Positions 18,058-27,471 of a stretch of 64,000 nt of DNA are shown piece after piece. How positions within the stretch are numbered: the stretch's first letter is position 1; each line of letters starts with the position of its first letter. Source of the DNA: Candidatus Doudnabacteria bacterium (GTDB lineage Bacteria > Patescibacteriota > Doudnabacteria > UBA920 > O2-02-FULL-48-8); contig JBDTSL010000002.1 of NCBI GenBank assembly GCA_039931165.1, forward strand, positions 7,134 through 71,133, written 5' to 3'. Position numbers and translations under genes: made by a program. Under the pieces are notes generated by a model that saw nothing but the letters and a program-made list of their open reading frames with translations, did not search any database and had not been told where the DNA came from.

Positions 18058-18110
18058 CAGCAGTAGAAATTCGATTCGCTTCGTGGTAAAAAAATCGAAT
18101 TTCACTGCTG
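18058..18110. other. 18-19-bp inverted repeat at the right island boundary
   Basis: cagcagtagaaattcgatt ... aatcgaatttcactgctg with a 16-nt loop, immediately upstream of the pyrD-like gene. Confidence 0.5.
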
Positions 18111-18112
18111 GG

Positions 18113-18141
18113 CAAGAAAAAGCCGCGGCAATTGCCGCGGC
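18113..18141 (-). terminator. Intrinsic terminator of ftsZ
   Basis: Perfect hairpin gccgcggc-aatt-gccgcggc followed on the minus strand by tttttctt. Confidence 0.7.
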
Positions 18142-18153
18142 TTTCGTCAAAAT

Positions 18154-19278
18154 TTATTTAATTTTTTTCCGTATAAACGCGGGGATCTCCAGTTCGTCCT
18201 GCTCTTGCGGAAGTTCCGGTTCTTCTTCTATCACTTTCGGAGTAAAAAAAGATTTTCTCGGCTCGCTTTTCACCGGCTCTTCCCGCCGCTGTGCCGGTTC
18301 GGCCCTGCGTAAAGTCTCGTCAAACCCGGTGGCCACGACGATGATCTTGACCTCCTCATCCATTTCCTCGTCGATCACGGCGCCAAAAATAATTTTTGCT
18401 TCAGGATCAACCGATTTGGTGATGAACTTGGCAGCTTCCTCGACTTCATACATTCCCAGATCCTTGCCGCCGGTAATGTTGAACAAGACCCCGCGCGCTC
18501 CGTCGATCGAAAGCTCCAAAAGCGGAGAATCAATCGCGGATCGGGCCGCATCCATGGCCCGGTTCTCTCCGGTGCCGCGTCCTATGCCCATCAGGGCCGA
18601 GCCGGCGTTTTGCATCACGGCTTTTACGTCCGCGAAATCCACATTGATCATTCCCGGGGTGGTGATCAGGTCGGAAATGCCTGCAACCCCCTGGCGCAGC
18701 ACATCATCGACGGTGCGGAAAGCGTCGAGCAAAGAAGTTTTCTTGTCGATTATCTGTAATATCCGGTCATTGGGAATGACAATGATCGTATCCACGTGCT
18801 GTTTGAGCGATTCCAGCCCTTTCTCCGCCAATTCCTTGCGCTTGGCGCCCTCAAAAGCAAACGGCTTGGTCACTACCCCGACGGTCAAAATCCCGGTTTT
18901 TTTCGCCAGCTCCGCCACCACGGGCGCGGCTCCGGTGCCGGTGCCGCCGCCGAGGCCGCAAGTGATAAATACCATATCGGCGTTTCTTATCACGTCCAAT
19001 ATCTGATCCTTGCTTTCTTCCGCGGCCGCCCGGCCGATATCCGGGTTCATGCCCGCGCCCAAACCTCTGGTGATGGTCTGGCCGATGTGGATCTTGTGGT
19101 CGGCCGCCGAGTTATGCAAAGCCTGCGCATCGGTATTGATGGCCACAAACTCAACGCCTCTGATGCCGGTCTCCATCATGCGATGAATGGCATTGTGCCC
19201 CGAGCCTCCGACGCCGATGACTTTTATCCGGGCAAAGGTTTCAATTTTCGGTTTAACTTCCGAAGATCTAAATTTCAT
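18154..19278 (-). CDS. ftsZ: Cell division protein FtsZ
   Basis: GGGTGTG tubulin signature; 374 aa. Confidence 0.95.
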   Translation of the reverse strand: MKFRSSEVKPKIETFARIKVIGVGGSGHNAIHRMMETGIRGVEFVAINTDAQALHNSAADHKIHIGQTITRGLGAGMNPDIGRAAAEESKDQILDVIRNADMVFITCGLGGGTGTGAAPVVAELAKKTGILTVGVVTKPFAFEGAKRKELAEKGLESLKQHVDTIIVIPNDRILQIIDKKTSLLDAFRTVDDVLRQGVAGISDLITTPGMINVDFADVKAVMQNAGSALMGIGRGTGENRAMDAARSAIDSPLLELSIDGARGVLFNITGGKDLGMYEVEEAAKFITKSVDPEAKIIFGAVIDEEMDEEVKIIVVATGFDETLRRAEPAQRREEPVKSEPRKSFFTPKVIEEEPELPQEQDELEIPAFIRKKIK

Positions 19279-19280
19279 AA

Positions 19281-20528
19281 TTATGGCAAAAAAGATTTAA
19301 ACCACTTGCGCAAATTAGTCACAGTAGTGTTTTCCAAAACAGTGCGGGTAAATTTATTCACTGTGCGGGTGGAGCCTAGCAAAAATTCATTGGCCCAAAG
19401 CACCAGCCCGACTGCGGTGGCATACGACGGATCATCCACTCGGTCGATAACCGTGGTCACCGAACCGGGAGCTCCGGCGATTACAGGCAGGCGGAGCTGC
19501 TTTTTTGCTAATTCTACCACTCCGGGGAGCTTTGCGCCACCGCCTGTCAAGACGACTCCGGCCGGCAGTTGTCCGTCTTTATTTATTCTTTTCAATTCTT
19601 TGTTGATCAGATCAAAAGTTTCTTCCAAACGAGCTTCAATGATCTCCGCAATGTGCTTGGTCGAAACTTTGCCCTCTTCTTGCTTGTCGATTTTACTTAA
19701 ATCCACATCCACGTCTTTTTTTACCTCACGCATCTCGGCCTGGCCGTATTGCAGTTTTACTTTTTCCGCGGTATCCACCGATGTGCGCAGGCCGATCGCC
19801 AGGTCATTGGTGATATGCATGCCGCCGACAGGCAAAATTGTCGAGGAAACCAGATCTCCTTCTTCAAAAACCACCAATCCGGTGGTTCCTCCGCCCAGAT
19901 CGATCACAGCCACGCCCAGTTCTTTCTGTTTTTTTGACAAAACAGCCTGCGCCGCCGCCAGCGGGGCCAGGACCAGATCATCGATCTCTAATCCCGCCTG
20001 CTGAATGCATTTGGTCAGATTTTTTATGAACGGCACCGAGGCCTGGATGATCTGACTGTCCACTTCCATGCGGATGCCTGACATTCCGACGGGATCTTTA
20101 ATGCCGGTCTGGCCGTCGACGGTAAAATTTTTGGGGATGACATGCAGGATCTCGCGGTTGGCAGGTATAGAAATAGCCTGCGATGCATCCACTACCCTCA
20201 CTACGTCATTTTCCGTTATTTCACCATCAGCCCTGGATACTGCCACTACTCCATGGCTTTCCTGGGAGGATATTTGCGCGCCGCCCACAGACACTACGGC
20301 GTGGTCGATCGTCAATCCGGTCATGCGTTCGGTTTTTTCCAAAGCTTCGGAGATCGAAGATACGGCTTCATCAATATCCACGATAACGCCGCGGCGGATG
20401 CCTTGCGATACGGCTTCACCCACGCCAATAATGCTGGGCGAGCCCAGTTCCGATTCCTGTTTGCCTACGACCACCCGGATCATTGAGGACCCGATATCGA
20501 GGCCGACAAATATGCGTTCTTTTGGCAT
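19281..20528 (-). CDS. ftsA: Cell division protein FtsA
   Basis: Actin-like ATPase; N-terminal [17 protein letters not shown]; 415 aa; 2 nt from ftsZ. Confidence 0.9.
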   Translation of the reverse strand: MPKERIFVGLDIGSSMIRVVVGKQESELGSPSIIGVGEAVSQGIRRGVIVDIDEAVSSISEALEKTERMTGLTIDHAVVSVGGAQISSQESHGVVAVSRADGEITENDVVRVVDASQAISIPANREILHVIPKNFTVDGQTGIKDPVGMSGIRMEVDSQIIQASVPFIKNLTKCIQQAGLEIDDLVLAPLAAAQAVLSKKQKELGVAVIDLGGGTTGLVVFEEGDLVSSTILPVGGMHITNDLAIGLRTSVDTAEKVKLQYGQAEMREVKKDVDVDLSKIDKQEEGKVSTKHIAEIIEARLEETFDLINKELKRINKDGQLPAGVVLTGGGAKLPGVVELAKKQLRLPVIAGAPGSVTTVIDRVDDPSYATAVGLVLWANEFLLGSTRTVNKFTRTVLENTTVTNLRKWFKSFLP

Positions 20529-20530
20529 AC

Positions 20531-20971
20531 TTATTTCAAATTTTCTTTAACAATTTTTGAGATCATGCCGCCGTCCGCCTGGCCTTTTACTTTTGCCATA
20601 ACTTCTTTCATGACCTTGCCGAAATCAGCAGGTGTGGCATTCATGCCCATAACGACATTTTTTACGATCGAGGAAAGTTCGGTTTCATCCATTTGCTTCG
20701 GCAGATATTTTTGCAAGACTTTCATTTGTGCTTGCTCATGCTGTGCCAGGTCTGCTCTGGCGCCGGCAGTGAAACTCTCTATAGAATCCTTATGCTGTTT
20801 TACTTTCTTTGCCGAGACAGCCAAGATATCTTCATCGGCAAGGGGCTTGCCCTTTTCAATTTCCGCATTTTTCAAGGCAGCCTTCAAGTTCCGCAATGAG
20901 GAAACAGCCACTTCATTTTTCTCTTTTTGGGCTGTTTTCAGGTCTTCGTCTATTTGTTGGGCAATAGTCAT
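20531..20971 (-). CDS. yqeY: GatB/YqeY-domain protein
   Basis: 146 aa with YqeY-family similarity. Confidence 0.7.
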   Translation of the reverse strand: MTIAQQIDEDLKTAQKEKNEVAVSSLRNLKAALKNAEIEKGKPLADEDILAVSAKKVKQHKDSIESFTAGARADLAQHEQAQMKVLQKYLPKQMDETELSSIVKNVVMGMNATPADFGKVMKEVMAKVKGQADGGMISKIVKENLK

Positions 20972-20976
20972 TTCGA

Positions 20977-21225
20977 TCAGCGTCTTTTAAATCTAGTTGT
21001 GGGCGGGAGTTTGCCCTGGCGTTTTAACTCTTCGCGTTTTTCACGGTTGACTGCGCGTCTGGCCGCGTCTTCCCGCAATAAATTGCGGGACCGGTTCGGT
21101 TCATAAAACCGGATTCTGCGAGCCCGCACCAAAACACCGCTCTGCTGGATCTTGCGGTTGAATCGCCTGAGCAAACTTTCAAATGATTCGTTATCTTTAC
21201 GTTTAACTTCTACCAAAAAACTCAC
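20977..21225 (-). CDS. rpsU: 30S ribosomal protein S21
   Basis: FESLLRRFNRKIQQSGVLVRARRIRFYE is typical of S21. Confidence 0.85.
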   Translation of the reverse strand: MSFLVEVKRKDNESFESLLRRFNRKIQQSGVLVRARRIRFYEPNRSRNLLREDAARRAVNREKREELKRQGKLPPTTRFKRR

Positions 21226-21335
21226 CCCTTTCTAATAAGCTGGCCGGCCTAGACTCGTAATCGAGAATAACGTAGGCGAGGCTGGCCCAAATATAACATA
21301 AAATTCATAATTAATCAATCTGTCCACAGTTTGAA

Positions 21336-22655
21336 CTACTTCCCCAGCCTTTTTTTGACTTCCTCAATAATTCTTTCGTATGTAAACAGTTCCTGCATGC
21401 CGCTTCTTACATCGCGGAGGATGACTGTGCCGTCGCGCGCTTCTTTTTGGCCGATGATCAGGGCGATCGCGACTTTATTGGATTCGGCCAGCTTGAGCTG
21501 GGTCTTGATCGAGCCGGGTCCGACGAACTCGGAAGCCATGATGTGATGGTTCCAGAGCTCGGTGAACAATCGCAAGGTTTTTTTCGCGGCCAGATCGCCC
21601 AAAGGGACCAAAAAAACATCAACTTTGTTCTTGCTGACGAATTTCAGCTGCGCAAGTTCGAACGCCGCCAAGATCGAATCCAGGGTTCCCGAAAATCCCA
21701 AGGCCTGGGTCGGCAATCCGCCCAAACTTTGGATCAGATCATCGGCGTGTCCGCCCTGCCCTAAAGCCAAGCCGCCCGCAGGTGAATGGAAGCGGATCTC
21801 AAAAACAGTCCGTTTCGACCAGGGCTTGCCGATGACTTTTTGGTTCAGATTGTAAACTATTCCCAGCTCATCAAGGCCTTCAAGAACACCGATAAAATGC
21901 CGGCGGCAATTTTCGCACAGATAATCGATCAGAGCCGGCGCATCAGCGGCAGCGGTCGAGCAGGACAAATTGGCGCAGGCCAAAATTTGCAGTGACTGGT
22001 TATTTTCCAGGTAGTCCAGGCAGTTTTCGCACAAATCGTATTTTTTATCTTTGAAATAACTTTTCAGCTGCTCCTGGTACGTCGGCAGACATTCGATACA
22101 GCCGATATTGTTGATCTCCAGCGACAGGTCATTTAGCCCGATCTCGGTGAACAATTTCAGGATGAGGTTGATCATCTGGGCATCGGCGATCGGAGCTGTT
22201 TGTCCGAAGAGCTGAAAACCGTATTCATGGGTCTGTTTTATATCATCGCCCGAGACAAAAGCTATCGGCGACGAATAATACCACTTGCTGACTCTTTCTC
22301 TTTCGGGAAAATGATATTCCAAATAAGCTCTGACCAAACCGAAAATATTGGCTGGCTTGGCCGCTATTGGATTTCCTTTCCGGTCAGCGAGAGTCAATAG
22401 ACGGTCTTTACCGTTTGACCAAAAGCCGAACAAATGGGCATCCTCGAACATCGGCGTGTCGATTTTGACATAGCCGAAATTATGCGCCAGAGTCACCAGT
22501 TTTTCTAAAAAAACATCCCAAGACAAATGATGCTCAGGCAAAAGATCCGCAGATCCTGTAAGCCTGGGCGGAGCTTTTTCGATTGTCGGGGTGATTTTGC
22601 GCGGTCGTCCCATAAAATTTCGAAGAAATTTTACCCCGAGTGAGTCCCGATTCAT
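21336..22655 (-). CDS. Divergent HisS/HisZ-like class II aaRS paralog with a Cys-rich insertion
   Basis: HisS-like anticodon-binding domain at the C-terminus; GGRYD motif replaced by GQGGHADD; insertion CIECLP...CENCLD...CSTAA...CENCRR. Confidence 0.6.
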   Translation of the reverse strand: MNRDSLGVKFLRNFMGRPRKITPTIEKAPPRLTGSADLLPEHHLSWDVFLEKLVTLAHNFGYVKIDTPMFEDAHLFGFWSNGKDRLLTLADRKGNPIAAKPANIFGLVRAYLEYHFPERERVSKWYYSSPIAFVSGDDIKQTHEYGFQLFGQTAPIADAQMINLILKLFTEIGLNDLSLEINNIGCIECLPTYQEQLKSYFKDKKYDLCENCLDYLENNQSLQILACANLSCSTAAADAPALIDYLCENCRRHFIGVLEGLDELGIVYNLNQKVIGKPWSKRTVFEIRFHSPAGGLALGQGGHADDLIQSLGGLPTQALGFSGTLDSILAAFELAQLKFVSKNKVDVFLVPLGDLAAKKTLRLFTELWNHHIMASEFVGPGSIKTQLKLAESNKVAIALIIGQKEARDGTVILRDVRSGMQELFTYERIIEEVKKRLGK

Positions 22656-22737
22656 CGGGACGAACCGAGGGGTAATTAAATAAAAGCTAAAAGCGAAAAA
22701 GAAAGATGTTTTACTTTTTAGCTTTTAGTTTTTACTT

Positions 22738-23364
22738 TTATAAATTATATGCCGGCAAACGGCTGGTCACTTCGTATGCATTTAACGGCAGTACCCTGAC
22801 CAAAACCCTGCCGACCATGTATTTGCGTTCAAGCGGCCCCCAGTCGCGCGAATCGGAAGAAGCTAGCCGGTTATCTCCCATCATAAAATATTCATCGCTG
22901 GCCAAAGTTAGAATTTTTTTGCCGCCCACGATAGCCGCATCGTGCGGATAACTTAAGCTCTGGTTCGGCAGGTACGGCTCATCTATAGTAACTCCTTCCG
23001 GGTGCTGGTCGTTAAATACGATAACTTTGCCGTTGTCGACCCCGATTTTCTCCCCTGGCAGGCCGATTACGCGCTTGATGAAAAACTGTTTCGGGTCTTT
23101 AGGGTAATGCAGGACCACGATCTGGCCGCGCTGTGGGGAACCCAAACGATATGACAGTTCATCAATGATCAAATATTGCCCGTTTGAAAAATTCGGTTCC
23201 ATCGAGGAGCCGGAAACGATAAACGGCTGGAACACGAAATATCGGATCGGTACTATGATCAAAAGCGCCACCAGTATAATCTTCAAAAAATCCCAAACCA
23301 AAAGCAGCCCTGAGGACAGACCGTGGAAAAAATTTTTGTTGGGTTCTTGGTTTTCTGGTTGGTC
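22738..23364 (-). CDS. lepB: Signal peptidase I
   Basis: SGSSMEPNF and GDNRLASSDSR motifs. The ORF-track start at 23427 overlaps tRNA-Val; the likely start is the ATG at 23364. Confidence 0.8.
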   Translation of the reverse strand, partial: DQPENQEPNKNFFHGLSSGLLLVWDFLKIILVALLIIVPIRYFVFQPFIVSGSSMEPNFSNGQYLIIDELSYRLGSPQRGQIVVLHYPKDPKQFFIKRVIGLPGEKIGVDNGKVIVFNDQHPEGVTIDEPYLPNQSLSYPHDAAIVGGKKILTLASDEYFMMGDNRLASSDSRDWGPLERKYMVGRVLVRVLPLNAYEVTSRLPAYNL

Positions 23365-23377
23365 CATACAAATTTTA

Positions 23378-23451
23378 TGGTGGGCGGTACAGGATTCGAA
23401 CCTGTGGCCCCTGCAATGTGAATGCAATGCTCTACCGCTGAGCTAACCGCC
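23378..23451 (-). tRNA. tRNA-Val (anticodon CAC), CCA encoded
   Basis: Manual cloverleaf: acceptor GGGCGGT/ACCGCCC, D-arm GCTC-AGCGGTA-GAGC, anticodon loop TTCACAT, T-arm ACAGG-TTCGAAT-CCTGT, discriminator A plus CCA. Confidence 0.8.
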
Positions 23452-23600
23452 CGAATATTAAAAATTAGTAATTAGAAATTAAAAATTCTTTTTAGTAGCT
23501 TTATTAGCTTACCAGATAACAGATGAATTAATCAACCTTTCGTTTTGGTATGGATTAATCGCGATTTTTCGCCTATAATTACAGGGTATTTAATATTCCT

Positions 23601-25103
23601 ATGGCAAATTTCGACATCGTAAGACCCAAGCTTGCGCAAGCCAACCATAACCCAACCCATGAAATCGTCCAAAAGCCCCGCAGGCGTGGACGATTTGGTA
23701 AATGGGTGATTGTAATTTTAATTATCATCGCCTTGGCCGGATTCGGAGGCTTTAAATTATTATCCAAGACCAATCAAATATTTACCGGCCAAGGAAATAT
23801 ATTTAGCCGCTTCAGCAGTTTGATCTTAAGCCCGGACAAACCTTTGATCGGCGAGGACGAAGGCCTGGTCAACGTCTTACTTATGGGTGTCGGGGGCAGC
23901 GGCCACGAAGGCGCGTATCTGACCGACACTATGATCGTGGCCAGCATCAATACTAATACCTCGGAAGTTGTATTGGTTTCCATTCCCCGCGATTTCGCCC
24001 TGGATCTGGCGAATGTTGGCTACAACAAGATCAACGCCGCCTATGCTTATGCTTACCGCGACAATCCGCAGACCGCCGGCGATGCGGCCATTGCCGCCGC
24101 ACAGCAGGTTACCGGATATAAAATTCCGTATTATGCCGTAATTGACTTCAAGGGCTTTGTTCAGGCAGTGGATCACGTCGGTGGAGTGAACGTCACGGTT
24201 GATCACGCGTTTACCGACAGTACTTTCCCCAATGATTTTCCTTACGATACGAAGGGATACCTGGCGCCAGTGACCTTTGCCAAAGGGCAGCAGTACATGG
24301 ACGGACACCGGGCGCTGATATTTGCCCGCTCGCGCCACAGCGGCGATGCCAATGAAGGCTCGGATTTCGCCCGCTCCGAACGCCAGAAAAAAATAATAGT
24401 CGCCATTCGGACCAAAATTCTTAAATTAAACCTTACCAACCTTGCAACCATCAATAATTTGCTGACCGACTTTACCGAAAACTTCCGGACCAACCTCGAA
24501 CCTTTCGAACTGAAGCGACTGGGCGATATTTCAAAAAAAATCGATCCGAACAGCATTTATTCTTTAACCCTTGAGCCGACCGCTAATCTGATCTGTTCAG
24601 CATTGGTTGATCCGAAAACCGGCAAAAGAGTGCCTGATGCGCCGATAAATCCTCCTGCCCCGGAACCGACTTTGGTTCCTCAAACCCCAGCGACCCCAAC
24701 CAATGCTGCAGTACCTGAACCGGCGCCTGAAATTCAAAAGATGTATGTAGTGCATCCATGTGAAGGAAAAACATTAGCAGACATTCATGACTATTTAGTC
24801 AACACCGCGACTCTGGCCAAATATATAAAAGAGGGGGCAGTGGTCGAGATCCAAAGTTCAACCGGCAAAACCATCTCGCCTTCGAAATTCAATAAACTCA
24901 TTGATCTGGGAATTAATGTGCAATATGTGAAGTTCCTCGGAAAATCTACATATGAACAGACGATTTTGTATGATAATTCCCGCGCTACCAAGCCCGTTAC
25001 GCTGGAAGCGATCAAAACCAATTATAACTACCCGGTTTCGGATGTCAATTTCCCGGGATCAACAGCGGACTTTGTGATCATATTAGGTAAAGACGCATTT
25101 TAA
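23601..25103 (+). CDS. LytR-CpsA-Psr (LCP) family cell-envelope phosphotransferase
   Basis: N-terminal TM, LCP domain (LLMGVGGSGHEGAYLTDTMIV...IPRDF), Pro-rich linker. Confidence 0.8.
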   Translation: MANFDIVRPKLAQANHNPTHEIVQKPRRRGRFGKWVIVILIIIALAGFGGFKLLSKTNQIFTGQGNIFSRFSSLILSPDKPLIGEDEGLVNVLLMGVGGSGHEGAYLTDTMIVASINTNTSEVVLVSIPRDFALDLANVGYNKINAAYAYAYRDNPQTAGDAAIAAAQQVTGYKIPYYAVIDFKGFVQAVDHVGGVNVTVDHAFTDSTFPNDFPYDTKGYLAPVTFAKGQQYMDGHRALIFARSRHSGDANEGSDFARSERQKKIIVAIRTKILKLNLTNLATINNLLTDFTENFRTNLEPFELKRLGDISKKIDPNSIYSLTLEPTANLICSALVDPKTGKRVPDAPINPPAPEPTLVPQTPATPTNAAVPEPAPEIQKMYVVHPCEGKTLADIHDYLVNTATLAKYIKEGAVVEIQSSTGKTISPSKFNKLIDLGINVQYVKFLGKSTYEQTILYDNSRATKPVTLEAIKTNYNYPVSDVNFPGSTADFVIILGKDAF

Positions 25104-25115
25104 AAAATTAGTAGT

Positions 25116-25169
25116 ACGTAGTAGGTAGTAGATAGAAACTCAACAATTCTACCTCCCTACCTACTACGT
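25116..25169. terminator. 13-bp perfect inverted repeat acgtagtaggtag / ctacctactacgt within a TAGTAG-rich tract, between the LCP gene and der
   Basis: Seen directly; the arms are embedded in a longer imperfect palindrome at 25108-25185. Confidence 0.45.
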
Positions 25170-25195
25170 CCCTACTTACTATCTATTATTTCTTT

Positions 25196-26515
25196 ATGAA
25201 AATTCCACTGGTCGCAATCATCGGACTTCCAAACAGCGGCAAATCCACTTTTTTTAATAAAGTTCTGGAACGCCGCACCGCTTTAACTTACCATGAGGCC
25301 GGCACTACGCGCGACCGTGCCTACGGTCTTGCCGCTTGGAATGGATTGTCTTTTTATTTAATCGATACCGCCGGGATTATCAAGCGGCCAAATTCGGATT
25401 TGGAAATAAATATCCAGAAACAAACCGCCATCGCCCGCGATGAAGCGGATCTGATCGTGCTTTTGGTGGACGGCAAGACCAATCCCTCTTCGGAAGACCT
25501 GCGCGTAGCATCGCTTTTAACACAATCCGGCAAACCCGTTGTTTTGGGCGTGAACAAAATTGACGTACGCAACACCAAAACCCAAACCGCCGGGGAAGTC
25601 TATCAAAAACTGGGTCTGGGCCAGCCTTTCATGCTTTCATCCGTAAACGGTTCCGGCGTCGGCGATATTTTGGATGAAATAGTCAGAAAACTCAGCTCTG
25701 AGCGCTCAGCGCTGAGCGCTGACGAGGGGCGTCTGAAAATCGCCTTCGTCGGCAAGCCGAATGTCGGCAAATCATCCTTGATCAACGCATTGATCAAGCA
25801 AGAACGCCTGCTGGTGCACGAAAAAGCAGGGACTACGCGGTCAACGGTCGAAGTTCCTTTCTCCGCCAAAGGCCAAAAATTTTTATTACTTGATACAGCC
25901 GGCATAAAAAAGAAGTGGGACCAGGAGGCTGATGTCGAAGCCGCCGCCGCCTTCCAATCGATCCGCACCATCACCCAGACCGACGTGGCACTATTCGTCG
26001 TTGACGCCTCGGCCGGAATCGAAGTTGCCGATCAGAATATTGCTCACCAGATCCTGGAACAAGGCAAGGCTACTGTCATATTGTTGAACAAAATCGACAA
26101 GCTCGATAAAAAAAGCCAGGACGATCTGCTGGATATCCTCCCTAGTTACTTGCCGCAAATGTGGTTTTTACCGGTTCTGTTTACGTCGGCCAAAACCGGG
26201 CAAGGCCTGGATCTTTTGCTAAAATTCGCCCAAAACGCGTTTGGCTCAAGCAAGCGCGAAGTTGATCCGGATGAATTGGATAAGTTTTTGGAAAAAATCC
26301 TTATTGAAAAAATGCCGGGAAAAATGGAGGACCAAAGAGCGCCTAAAATTTATAATCTTAAACAAATTGGTGTCAATCCGCCAACATTCAAAATGACCGT
26401 CAACTTCCCGGCGGCTGTGGCCGAGGCCTGGAAAAAATGGTTTGAAAAACAATTCCGCCTGAAATTCGGTTTCGAAGGCACACCTATAGAAATTAAATAT
26501 ATTAAAAGAATTTAA
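25196..26515 (+). CDS. der: GTPase Der (EngA), double GTPase domain
   Basis: Two G-domains (GLPNSGKST and GKPNVGKSS) plus a KH-like C-terminus. Confidence 0.9.
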   Translation: MKIPLVAIIGLPNSGKSTFFNKVLERRTALTYHEAGTTRDRAYGLAAWNGLSFYLIDTAGIIKRPNSDLEINIQKQTAIARDEADLIVLLVDGKTNPSSEDLRVASLLTQSGKPVVLGVNKIDVRNTKTQTAGEVYQKLGLGQPFMLSSVNGSGVGDILDEIVRKLSSERSALSADEGRLKIAFVGKPNVGKSSLINALIKQERLLVHEKAGTTRSTVEVPFSAKGQKFLLLDTAGIKKKWDQEADVEAAAAFQSIRTITQTDVALFVVDASAGIEVADQNIAHQILEQGKATVILLNKIDKLDKKSQDDLLDILPSYLPQMWFLPVLFTSAKTGQGLDLLLKFAQNAFGSSKREVDPDELDKFLEKILIEKMPGKMEDQRAPKIYNLKQIGVNPPTFKMTVNFPAAVAEAWKKWFEKQFRLKFGFEGTPIEIKYIKRI

Positions 26516-26560
26516 AGCACTTTTTGCCATTTGGTCAAGGCTGAGATAAGATAACCTTAT

Positions 26561-27100
26561 ATGTATCTCATTGTGGGTTTAGGCAATCCCGGCAAACAAT
26601 ATCAAAACTCCAGGCACAATTTCGGGTTCCGCGTATTGGACCTAATGGCCGGCGGTGAAGAATGGGAAAATAAATACGATTGCCAGTTTATCAGGCTGGA
26701 TGATTTGATTTTGGCCAAACCACAGCTATTTATGAATTTATCCGGCAAGGCCGTGGCCCAAATTTTAAAATATCACCCTGCCGCGGAACTTATTGTGATC
26801 CATGATGAGTTGGACCTGCCTCTGGGCACGCTAAAAATTGTCAAAAATATTTCTGCAGCCGGGCATAAGGGCGTGCAATCCATCATCGACGAGACCGGCA
26901 CCAAAGATTTTATTCGCATCAGGCTGGGCATCGATAACCCAGAAACCAGAAATGGAATTGCTGGCGATGATTTTGTATTGCAAAAGTTCACAATGCAAGA
27001 AGAAACCATTGTCGCGGAAATCCTGAAAAAGACCAGTGATGCCTTAGAAGCCCTGCAAACTCAGGGGTTTGAAATCGCCCGATCAAAGTATAACGGATAA
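26561..27100 (+). CDS. pth: Peptidyl-tRNA hydrolase
   Basis: MYLIVGLGNPGKQYQNSRHNFGF. Confidence 0.9.
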   Translation: MYLIVGLGNPGKQYQNSRHNFGFRVLDLMAGGEEWENKYDCQFIRLDDLILAKPQLFMNLSGKAVAQILKYHPAAELIVIHDELDLPLGTLKIVKNISAAGHKGVQSIIDETGTKDFIRIRLGIDNPETRNGIAGDDFVLQKFTMQEETIVAEILKKTSDALEALQTQGFEIARSKYNG

Positions 27101-27255
27101 AAAAAGTGACTACGCAAATCAAAAAGGCCGCTCGAAGTTTAAACTGAAGTTTAAACAATCGATGGCCTTTTGAATTTTGATTTTTGCCTGTTTCGGCGAG
27201 AGCCAAGCCTGGGCAAAACTTACCCGATTACTATCGGGTGGGGAAGGGAATACGG

Positions 27256-27471
27256 CTATTGCTTGCGTTTCGGACCGAGATCCAGAGGTCCGTTTGCGAA
27301 CAATTTGTCGAACTGCCGTTCGGCCTCAGCTCGAGGTGCTGCGTGCAACTGTCTCTCGGGTGCGTCCGATGCCTTGACAGGTAACGCGGATGGTTCCGAA
27401 GCCACTTGCCTTTTCTCCTTTTTCACCAACCGCGGTGGACCGAGCGGACCGAGTGGACCGAGTGAATGCAT
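27256..27471 (-). CDS. Candidate small basic protein with a GPL-GPL-GPP repeat (71 aa)
   Basis: RBS ggaggg 8 nt before the ATG; terminator-like cccgat-agta-atcggg plus tttt downstream. Composition is atypical and the region may instead be non-coding. Confidence 0.25.
   Translation of the reverse strand: MHSLGPLGPLGPPRLVKKEKRQVASEPSALPVKASDAPERQLHAAPRAEAERQFDKLFANGPLDLGPKRKQ
27436..27462. repeat. 3x tandem 9-bp repeat (t/c)ggaccgag
   Basis: tggaccgag cggaccgag tggaccgag. Confidence 0.7.

Noticed and set aside
11561-18110. Island as prophage or integrative element
   Set aside because: No integrase or recombinase, no phage structural genes, no flanking direct repeats and no tRNA at the junction. 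The acquisition mechanism is left open.
18017-20004. Long plus-strand ORFs (329 and 402 aa) overlapping ftsZ and ftsA
   Set aside because: Antisense to two universally conserved genes; Ser/Ala-rich low-complexity translations typical of shadow ORFs.
22656-22737. T-box riboswitch upstream of the HisS-like gene
   Set aside because: The leader is only about 80 nt and lacks the conserved T-box sequence and specifier-loop architecture. It is a simple hairpin leader.
27436-27462. Possible CRISPR array
   Set aside because: Only three directly abutting 9-bp repeats with no spacers and no cas genes. It is a simple tandem repeat.
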